Assembly (NCBI GenBank): GCA_033442325.1
Contig: JAWQFM010000027.1
Coordinates: 752,563-801,027, forward strand
DNA length: 48,465 nucleotides
Reading direction: 5' to 3'
Origin: Salpingoeca rosetta
Lineage: Eukaryota > Protista > Choanoflagellata
Notes under the pieces: model-generated
Database searches by the model: none
What the model was told of the DNA's origin: nothing
Seen by the model: only the letters and a program-made list of their open reading frames with translations
Program-made: the position numbers and the translations under genes
Shown: one piece after another, positions 25,317 through 35,596 of the stretch
How the letters are laid out: each line of letters starts with the position of its first letter
Position numbering within the stretch: position 1 is the first letter of the stretch

Positions 25317-26027
25317 GGGTGAGGGAGTGAGTGAGTGAGTGTATGTGTGCAAATGTGAGAACTGAAACAAGTTACACTTGTACGAGCAAGCACATGCGTG
25401 AATGCTGTGCCCTTTGCTGTCCGTGTTGTTGTTTCGAAGCCCCACCTCACTGTCCTCATTGGTGCTGTCATTGTGCTCATTTGCACGTTATCACAATGGC
25501 CAGCGTCGTTCCTGCGTGAGGGCGTGTGCACGGATGACCGCAACAAGGTGCGGCTGACTGACAGCCGACCTTGGACAACGGATAGGCGATGCCTGTTATT
25601 TGCTTTGCGAGTGTCTTGAACGCCTCGATGTCGGTGCTCACGACATCACACATCACACATCACACACACATCACACAGGCTGCGATTGCGAAGCTGCTGC
25701 TGCTGCAAAGTTCCACGCAGGATGAGAGCGAGATGACGACCATCCCGGAATACATTGAGCGCCAGTCCTCTGCCACCGATGGCGACGAGACGAAGAAACA
25801 GGAGGCGGAGAAGGACCCCGTGTACTACGTGCTGGCACCGAACCGTGCGGCAGCGCTCGCATCGCCGTACATGGAGACGATGCTGGCGAACAACAAGGAG
25901 GTGCTGATCATGAACCACCCGCTGGACGTGTTTGTTGTCGAACATTTGATGGAGCTTGATGGCCACAAGCTCGTTTCCATCGAGTCGTCAAAGGTAAACC
26001 ACCCACTACCCTGTACACGTGCAATTG

Positions 26028-26095
<68 letters not shown>

Positions 26096-27595
26096 CGGTG
26101 TGTGTGCGTGTCGGTGTGTGTGTGCGTGTATGTGCGTGTCTGTGCGTGCGTGTTTGTGTTTCGTGCTTAATGTGCTGGGATGCACGTAGTTGGGGTTTGT
26201 TTCTTCATTGTTCGTAATACACACCTTCGTCTCAAAACTCGTGCTATTGTTTGGGCACCCACTCTGCACCCTGTTCTTGAACCTCACAGGTGTCCAACGA
26301 GTCGGACGAAAAGACTGCGCTCTCCGAGGTATGCTTTGCACGACAAGTGCCAGGAATATTCCGTTGATGCCACTGTGGCACATGCTTGGGTCTTGTGTTC
26401 TGGCCTCGTCTGTCACACACACACACACTCTCTCTCACCCACTCACTTACACACACACACTCACACACTCACACACTCACACACACTCTCTCTCTTACTT
26501 CCATACACATTCTCACTCACTCACTCACACACACACACACACGCACGTGCACGCACACATTCTCTCACTTACGCACACTAATCCGGACTGCTGTTCTGTT
26601 GCCGCGCCATTGGCGCTCCTGGCAGGATGAAGTTGTTGGCTTGAAGGCGTTCTTCGAGTCTGCGCTCTCCAAGGACAAGCTGGCCGAGCTCAAGGTATTT
26701 TACGGGCGCATGCGTTGACGGTGGGGCGGGACTCGTGTGGTATTGCTGTAGGCGGACGCAAGGCTGCATTGTTGCGAGACGCGAGTGCGACTGCGCTGCG
26801 GTTGACCGTGTTTGTGCACGTCTCTTAACAGCATCACACACTTGCACACATACACATACATTGCCCTTTGTTTGCGTTGTCTGTGCACCAGATCTCCACG
26901 CGCCTCACGTCGTCGCCAGCCATCGTCGTCGACCACGAGAGCGCGGGCCGCCGCAGGTGCGGTCCTGTCGTGCGTGGATGCACGGGTGTAGGGGCATTCA
27001 AATGCTGTGCACGTGCTGTGGGATATGGTGTTGTGATGCTCGTTTTCCTGCTCGCGCACATGCCCACCAACCTTCACATTCCTTCTCTTGCCTTTCGTTC
27101 TCCATTCTCCTTTCCATCACCCTCACAACCTTCACCACCACGGCCACTGCGGCCACGACCACAACACCAGGCTGATGCGGATGATGAGCCAGGAGCAGGA
27201 CGACGGCACGCTTCCGCTTCCACCGCAAACACTCGAGATCAACCCGACGCACCCCATCATCCAGGGCATCAACGCGGCACGGTGGGGTGACTGTAGCTGT
27301 GGCGGTGGTTGCTGATGCTCGTGGGCTTGTGCTGATGTTGATGTCGGTGGTTGGTGGGCGGTCAGTTGTGGTTACATTGCGACTTGACACAAAAAGTCAC
27401 ATCAGGTCACCTCATCGCATACTTGACCATCCGTGCTTCCGTGCAGGTTGGGCAGTGATGACGATAAGGCGCGTGGTCGCGTCGTTGCAGCACAGGTCTT
27501 CGACAACGCCCTCATCGCCGCCGGCCTCATGGAGGAACCACGGTGAGCAGCCGCATATGATGTGTTTGTTTTGTTGTGTTGCGTGCGTGCGTGTG

Positions 27596-27666
<71 letters not shown>

Positions 27667-27848
27667 GTCGACCTGTGGTCTGTTCACTTTCCTCGCCTTG
27701 TCTCTCTCAAGCTCACGCCGCGTCCTGTCAACACTTCACCTCCTCCCCCTCCCCTCCTTTCAGGTCGATGATGGATCGCCTGAACGAGCTCTGCGTCCTG
27801 GCCCTCAACCGCAGCCCAGACAGCACAGCAACAACAACAACAAAATGA
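22197..27848 (+). CDS. TRAP1: Mitochondrial Hsp90 family chaperone (TRAP1/Hsp75), 17 exons
   Basis: Exons 22197-22574, 22887-23049, 23207-23288, 23439-23502, 23769-23937, 24172-24218, 24396-24452, 24613-24786, 25109-25223, 25504-25547, 25679-25993, 26290-26328, 26626-26694, 26892-26956, 27171-27281, 27447-27542 and 27764-27848, all GT-AG and in phase. Arg-rich presequence; [91 protein letters not shown]. No charged linker and no MEEVD. Confidence 0.95.
24913..25035. repeat. (TCAC)n tetranucleotide microsatellite in TRAP1 intron 8
   Basis: Directly visible; a mirror (GTGA)n/(GT)n compound tract lies at about 41030-41218. Confidence 0.9.
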
Positions 27849-28080
27849 TGTTGTGCGCGCAGTGAAACCACCGTTTTGCAGGCACCGTCGCACATCATCG
27901 TTGATGCTTGTTTGCTTTTGTCAACACATCACCTCGAGTTGCATTGCCATACACAACAAGCAACCAGCAACGAGGGGGCTTTTATGAACGGAAAAAAAAA
28001 GGCTGTGAGGCCACAACAAACAAACAAACAAACACAGAGACACACATGTGCGCGCGACGAGACAATGCTCAGCCACGCCT

Positions 28081-28439
28081 TCATGCCAGCACTTTGTCCA
28101 CAAAGTCCTCGTAATCGAGAGGATCCGCTTCTCCGGCCAACATGTCGGAGATCTAGAGAGTGCACAACCATGTAATCGGCGTTGGTATGTGAGGTACAGC
28201 AACGAAGGAGGGTGGAATGGTGTGAAGGTGGCAGCGCAAACGGGAACACGCACTCCTCTCCAATGTGCTCTTCCGCACCCAAACACACACACACACACGC
28301 GCCTGTGCTTCGTACCTCCTGAGGTGTAAGGCCGTCTCCGAGGTTACTCAGGATGTACTTCAGATCAGCTATGAGAGGAATGGCAGGGTAGTGATGTGGC
28401 GTTGAATTGGGGAGGAGGTGAGTCAGCGGTGTTGTCAGA

Positions 28440-28496
<57 letters not shown>

Positions 28497-28576
28497 AAAC
28501 ACACACAGACACAGACACACACACACACACAAACACACAAACACACACAGACACACACACACACACGCACGCGCGT

Positions 28577-28629
<53 letters not shown>

Positions 28630-28956
28630 CAAACACACAAACACACAAACACACACAGACACACAAACACGCTTTCGTACCATGTGAAATGGTGCCAGTG
28701 TTTGCTTTGTCATGGGCGCGGAACGCGTCCAAGATGTCCTCACGAGCCTGGAATGGACCAGGGCACTTGGCCAACACCTCCAAGAACTGTGGCAATGACA
28801 ACTCCTCAGCCCCTTGAGACAGCTCCTGTTGAGCGTGATGAACAGCAAGGTCAGGAGGGCGGCAGATGGTCACATGCATCATACACACACGCACTCATTG
28901 GCACACACACACACAGACACACATCGGCACACACACACATACACACATTGGCACGT

Positions 28957-28987
<31 letters not shown>

Positions 28988-29304
28988 GTCGTACCTCGAC
29001 TTCTTGTGGGGTGGGATTTGCGTTGAGAGAGAGAAGCACCGTCAACAACTGGTCCTTGTGCAGTTTGCCAGTTGGCGCGTAGATGCTGAAGCACTCACGT
29101 GCCAGCGAAATCTAATGTGGGCACATCAGGTGACGTGAGGTGCGTTGACAATGAGGCAACCATACAACAAGCAAGCAGACGGAAAGCTCCATGTACCTCA
29201 CACCACGTCCACTCACACCACACCAAGGCGTCCACTCATAGACTCATCCACCACCCGTGCCATCCACCCACCTGCTCTTCGTCCAACAGCTCAATCGCAG
29301 ACAT
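28081..29304 (-). CDS. Calmodulin-like EF-hand protein / myosin light chain, about 139 aa, 5 exons
   Basis: Exons 29304-29272, 29111-28995, 28825-28681, 28368-28316 and 28152-28081 give MSAIELLDEEQISLARECFSIYAPTGKLHKDQLLTVLLSLNANPTPQEVE...EDILDAFRAHDKANTGTISHADLKYILSNLGDGLTPQEISDMLAGEADPLDYEDFVDKVLA. Confidence 0.88.
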
Positions 29305-29623
29305 CGTTCGTTGTTGTTGTTGTGATTTTGGAGTAATGGTGAATATCTTCATTCACTTTTCCTAATGCTGAGGCTGGCATCTGTGTGCGTTTTGGTGAAG
29401 AACGCACACGAGCGATCGATCCGCTGCGCTCTGCTGCTTGCAGGCTTGCATGCACTAGGCCTGCTTCCCTCCGAGCCTCCCTCCGGTCTTGCTGGTTTGA
29501 TTTCAAGAGCAAAACTTCTCTGCTCCCACGCTTCGACAGAGAGAGGAGCTGAGAAGGCTGTCTTTCTCAGCCTGTCTGTTCTGCTGGTGCTTCCGCTGCC
29601 GTCCACTCCGAGACCTGCTCACA

Positions 29624-32600
29624 ATGGCGGTGGCAACTCCTGTTCTTGTTGTGCTGGTGCTGGTGATGCTTGTCGTCGCCAGCACAAAGAAGAGCATCAA
29701 CGTGCATGCAAGCTCGACGACGTCCGAAACTGTACATCCGGCCATACCTCTGAGGCCACTGAGGCCACAAGGCGACCAGGTATGTCTCTCTTTTTTTTTT
29801 GTGTATGTGTTTGTGTGTGTGCGTGTGTGCGTGTGTAGGTGCATGTGTGTGTGTGTAGGTGTCTGTTTGTGTATGTGTGTGTGCGCGTGTGTGCGTGTGT
29901 GTGTGGTTACATACTTGTCGTTGTGGCATGCGACGGTGCAATCGAAGGGGTGCTTAGTCGATCGCCTTGTTGTTTGCTCCTCACTTGCGCACACACACGC
30001 ACACAGGCACACACTCGCATACGCTCGCGTTCGTCTCACATGCATGCAACACATCACATCACACTTTGCACAGCTGTGTTTGGACGTGCACGGGACACTG
30101 GAGAGCATGGTGCATGTGCTGAGGCTGCACGATGTGCCATTTTACCCCAAGCACACTGCGCGCAACACGGACGACAGCACGCCTGCAAACACAACGACGC
30201 ACAAAGACGCACGGCTGCCTCTGCCTTTGCTTGTTGACCTGTCTCCGATTCACCGCATGATGGCTGCGTTTGGATGTGGCGATCAAGAGGACGAGAAGAC
30301 GGACAAGCAGACTGATGAGAGCTTGCCTGCAAGGACTGGCACAGAGCAACACGAGACGATACCACCAGTGCCATCGACACCATCAGCATTCACGCCTTTG
30401 GAAGAGAGGGTGACCGCTATCCGCAACGCGACAGGCAACTTATCCCTGCAGCACCAGCAACAACAGCAGCAGAGGCGAGTGCGGCGGAACGGCGACCCTG
30501 TCGTACAGGCTGGGCAATGCACGCTGGCGAGCGTGGTCAATGGCACGTGCCCTGGTGCGGATAGCAGCCGCCGGCTCACCATCACTCTGCGCGAGGATGA
30601 TCACGTGGACGACAGCACGGATGCAAGCGGTCTGAGGGGTATTTCTGACTCCGTGAATGAGCTGACCGTGAACGGGCACGTCGAAGAAGCGCCGTTGCGG
30701 TGGATTGTGAATAACGGCGTGTGGGCCTCGTGCACGGCAGTGAATTTGCAAGGCGTACAGTTTCCCACTCTTCAGTTGAGCACGCTCAACCCGATGACAC
30801 GCACTCTTACTATCACGGTTAGTGACAGCGTGCTGCTTCGGGCAATAGGCGCCGATGACTTCCACCACACGGCAAGACTCACTGCCTTTCGCGCAATCAA
30901 CAATTCCCTCACATCCGTTCCAGACGTTTCGAACATGACATCGCTGAGCATCCTCAACTTGCACGGAAACCGAATTCGTTGCATCAACGATGACACTTTC
31001 AACGGGCTGACATTGCTGCAACAGCTGTTCTTCAGTGAGAACATCCTTTCCGAGATCGAGTCGCGAGCGTTTGATGACCTCACTGCCCTGAATAGGCTGA
31101 TCCTTGCCATTAACGACATGAGCGCCATCCCTTCCGGCTTGTTCCATCGTCTCACGAGCCTTACCACGTTGCAACTGCAGCAAAATCCAATCACGAAACT
31201 CGACGCCGATGTATTCGCGCAGCTGACCATGCTGGAGCGGCTCACCCTCGAGCGCACGCTTCTCACCCAATTACCAGCCACACTGTTCCGCAACACCACC
31301 CGTCTTGTTCGCCTTGACTTGGCAATTAACTTCATCACGTCCCTCGATGAGACAGTCTTCTCTGGCCTGTCATCGTTGGAGCATCTGCAGATTTTCGACA
31401 ACCGACTGACATCACTGCCACCAGGCGTGTTCAAGGACTTGACGACGTTGACGTGGCTTGGCATTCTTAGGAATGATTTAACTTCCTTGCCTGACAAATT
31501 GCTTGAGTTCAATCCGCAACTCCGCACGTTCTTCTGCAACGACAACGACCTCGCTTCCCTCCCAGCCAACCTATTCGTGAACAACGCAGCCCTGTTTCGG
31601 ATCAACCTTGCCAACAACGCCCTTCGCTCCATCGACACCGCCCTCGAATCAGCGAAATTGTCATCCCTGCAGTTTCTCGATGTGGGGAACAACCAACTTA
31701 CACGTCTACAGCTCACCAGAACACTGCCCTCCCTGACCCTTCTCGGCCTTGACGACAACCCGATGCAGGAGCTGCCAGATGTCACGCTCACGCCTTCCCT
31801 TGAAACCCTCCGGCTCCAAAACCACGGAATCAAACACATGGACTTGGCCCCAGTGCTCCGTCTGCCCAGCCTCGAGGTGCTCGAGCTTGACGCTCTCCTA
31901 CAAGCGAATTCCAGGGCGGTTTTGACAGACACGAACATCACCAGCATTACGCGGTTGTCAACCCTGAGTCTGGAGAATGTGGACGTCAGTGCTGCGGTCC
32001 CATCATTCAAGCAGCATCCACCGCTAAGTCTCAATGTGCTGCACGTGGGCTGGCCGGGCGCCATGAACCGCACGCTTCCAATCACTGAGGTGTGCAGAAT
32101 GCTGAAGAACAGTGTGCGTGAGCTGCGCATCGCCAACACAGACTACCGAGCCATTGAGCTGTGCCCTGACAAGACTTTCGAGTCACTACTTCTCAACGAC
32201 AACAGGCACCTACGCTCTGTCACCGTCCACAACCCTCTGCGTGAACTCAACGTGTCAGGTTGCACCCAGCTCACTTCCATCGACGCGCCTCCAATCGACA
32301 TCCTCGACATCAGCAACACCAAATTCCCGCCAACGGGCGCGCTGTGCACACGGTGGGGACGACGGGTCCTCTTCGCCCGAAAGTTGGATGAGAAGGCCTT
32401 CAACTCCATCCGTACGGTTGGAGCGCTCACAAACTGCATCGACCAAGTGGATGTGCTGGATCTCTCGGGCAACACCTGGCTTAACAATCCAGCAGAGATC
32501 AACCGCGTGGCGGAGAGAAGAGTTGTCATGTCCGACGAAGAGTTCTGGACAGCCGATCTTGTTGCCATTCCAAACCGGCGTGTTCCTCCCATTCTCCAGC

Positions 32601-33605
32601 TGACCGATGCGCCCATCGACTGCGCACTCCACCTGTCCAACCAGGACTTGCGCCCCCGCACCGATACATCCGTGTTGACCACAGAGATTGTGTTTTCCTT
32701 CCGCTGCGTCTGTGCACAGGGTCACCACCTGAGCGGCAATGGCGAATGTGTTGAGGATGTCGTGCCCTTGGCAGCCATCGTGGCGGGCTCCGTATTCGCT
32801 GTCCTTGCACTTTCGATCCCGTTGCTGGTCTGGCTCTACCGCCGCTACTGGCGCTCCCACAAGAGCGACAGCCTGCACCAGCAGCTGTTGAACCGAGAGA
32901 GGGAGGAGGTGCAGGCGCTGAAGCGGGCGTGGGTGATTGAGTACGATGAGCTGAGGATGATCAAGCGTGTTGCTGCGGGTGCTTATGGCGTGGTGTTTAA
33001 GGCCGAGTGGGACACGGTGACGGTGGCGGTGAAGGTGCTGCAGCGCACGCTGTCTGTCGATGATCGAGAAACCGCCAATGATATCGGTAACGAGGTGGAG
33101 TTCCTGCAACGGACACGGCACCCGAACGTGGTGCGGTTCTTTGGTGCTGGCGTGAACACGAATGGCAGCCCATTCCTGGTGCTGGAGTTTGTGGCAATGG
33201 GGTCGCTCAAGGACCTGTTGGAGCGAGACATGGACGCGGTGCTGCATGAGGTGCGGGCTCAGGTGCTCGAAGCCGGCGATGATGATGATGATGACGATGG
33301 CGATGGCGAGAAGAACAAGTTACTGGGGGCAGATGTGCACGAAGAATTGACCCTCGTGAGCACATCGCTTGAGAGCCACCGCACCAGCTTGGAACTTGAT
33401 GAGATGATGAGTGTGTGGGACTTGAAGCTGCAGCTGCTTCGTGACGTTGCCAACGGCATGGCATTCATCCACAGCCTCGACCAGATGCACCGGTGAGTGG
33501 GATATGTGTGTGTATGCTTTTGTGCTTGTGTGTGTGCTTGTGTGTTTGTGTGCGGGCACGTGCTTCTTGCTCACTGCGCGATCCTACCCTCACCGATTGT
33601 TCTCA

Positions 33606-33677
<72 letters not shown>

Positions 33678-34141
33678 ACAGCGATCTGAAGAGCGGCAAC
33701 GTGCTGGTGTCCTCGCGGCTGCGGGCGAAGATCACGGACTTTGGATCCATTCGCGAGTGTCTCGAGCGAGGAACGGACGGCAACGATGATGATGATGGTG
33801 ACGTGGAGGATGGCAACAGAGGCGATGGCACTGCAACGACGTCGTTTGGTGATGGTGGGCGCGGTGACATGACGATGGGTGTTGGCACGCCCATGTACAT
33901 GGCGCCAGAAGCGCTGCTGACCAAGACGTACAACGCCAAGGCGGACGTGTTCAGCTTTGGCGTGCTCATGTGGGAGGTGGCGACGCAGCGGGAGCCAGAC
34001 CTGATTGCACAGGAGAAGCCCAAGTACCGCGGGCCACCACGGCCCATGCAGACGACGCTGCTGCAGGAGGGCAAGCGCCTCCGCTTCGAGGACTTTGGTC
34101 AGTGGAACGTTGTGTGTGTGTGTGTGTGGGGGGGGGGGGGG

Positions 34142-34209
<68 letters not shown>

Positions 34210-34489
34210 CTGTGTGTGTGTACGTGTGTCTGTTTGTGCGTCTATCTAAACAAGCACACGCACGCGAAATGCGTTTTGCTTCGTTTCCCACACCCCATTA
34301 CTGCAGCATCTTGCCACTCATCTCCCTCACTCGTCCTCTTCTCTATTGTTTCAAACAGACGGCCAGCCGCTCGCTGTTGCCGAGTGGTACAAAGAGCTGG
34401 CGTACACGTGCATGGCAGACAACCCAGCCCACCGTCCAAGCTTCGAAGAGCTCAAAAACAAACGCCTGGCGGAACAGCAGGCCGTATGA
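29624..34489 (+). CDS. LRR receptor-like Ser/Thr (TKL-group) protein kinase, paralog 1
   Basis: Exons 29624-29779, 30074-33492, 33682-34097 and 34359-34489. Signal peptide, RRVRR, many 24-aa LxxLxLxxN repeats, Cys-rich juxtamembrane motif, TM (LAAIVAGSVFAVLALSIPLLVWLY), then kinase AGAYG, VAVK, HRDLKSGN, DFG, YMAPE, DVFSFG, RPSF. Confidence 0.93.
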
Positions 34490-34831
34490 CTTGCGATGGC
34501 TTGATGGTGTGCGTGCGCTGTGAGCATGAACGGCACCACGTTGCATGTGTGTGCTTCCGCGTCGTTACGTAGCTGAGATTGACCCATAGCAGTTATTTTG
34601 TTGTTGTTATGTGCTGACCAAATAGGTAGTAGTGCGTTCGTTACGATGGCTTACATGTCCCTTCCAGTGTGACTCTATTGCTTTGGTTCCGTCGTCGTTT
34701 ATTCACTTTGCTTGAGACTAGTAACAACTGGGGTGCCAAATCATAAAACTTCCAACAATGGAACGAGCGACACCAAAGCTACGAACGGACAACAATCTAC
34801 TGTAAATGCAATCGGTGCAAGCAAGCATGGC

Positions 34832-35551
34832 CTAAGCAAAGTGGTGGTCCTTGAGTTCTCCAAACGACGGGCGCTCACGCGGGTTCTGCGCCATGCACTT
34901 GTACGTCAGCGACTGGAACCACTCGGGGAAGGCTGTAGGGATAGGGGAGGGGGGTGAGTGGGGAGAAAAGATGCGTCAGTAACCAATCCACACACACACA
35001 CACACACACACACACCCCTACATTCACAAACTCACCACCCGTTTCGTCGAACTTGAGCCGCTTGCCCTCCATCAAGAGCTCTGTGATTGCAGGAAGCAGT
35101 GGTCCCCTGAAGTCGCTCCCCTTCTCCTGCTCAATCAGATCCGGTGGTCGCTGCGTCGCCACCTCCCACATCAGCACGCCAAAGCTGAAGATGTCGGCTT
35201 CAAAGCTGTACTTGTCGCCCGTCAATGCCTCTGGTGCCATGTATAGCGGCGTGCCCACGCCAGCCGTCAGCGTCACGCTCGTCATCGTCTGCAGTCCAGT
35301 GCGCTGGCTGTATTGCGGATTATCGTCAGCTTGGCTGGACGACAGGCGAGTGTGGCCGCTGCTGTGGGCTCTGCCTCCACGCGTAAAGCACTGGCGAATG
35401 GATCCGAAATCCGTAATCTTGGCGCGCAGCGATGATGACACCAGCACGTTTCCGCTCTTCAGGTCTCTGTTGAGGTGGTGTTGATGAGGGGGGTGAGGCT
35501 TGGATGGGCAATGAGCAACAAGCACGTGCCTGCATGCAAAAACACACAAAC

Positions 35552-35596
<45 letters not shown>

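Noticed and set aside
29780-30073. 1290-aa ORF reading through a CV-rich segment
   Set aside because: The segment is a 294-nt GT-AG intron that happens to be in frame and stop-free; the paralog has an intron at the equivalent position.
30440-33247. Long antisense or alternate-frame ORFs over the LRR kinases and pol (for example 30772-32139, 32255-33247, 18914-19936)
   Set aside because: Shadow ORFs from GC-rich codon bias; no independent motifs.
33682-33740. Receptor tyrosine kinase assignment
   Set aside because: The catalytic loop is HRDLKSGN with GTPxYMAPE, which is Ser/Thr or TKL type, not HRDLAARN/KWxAPE.
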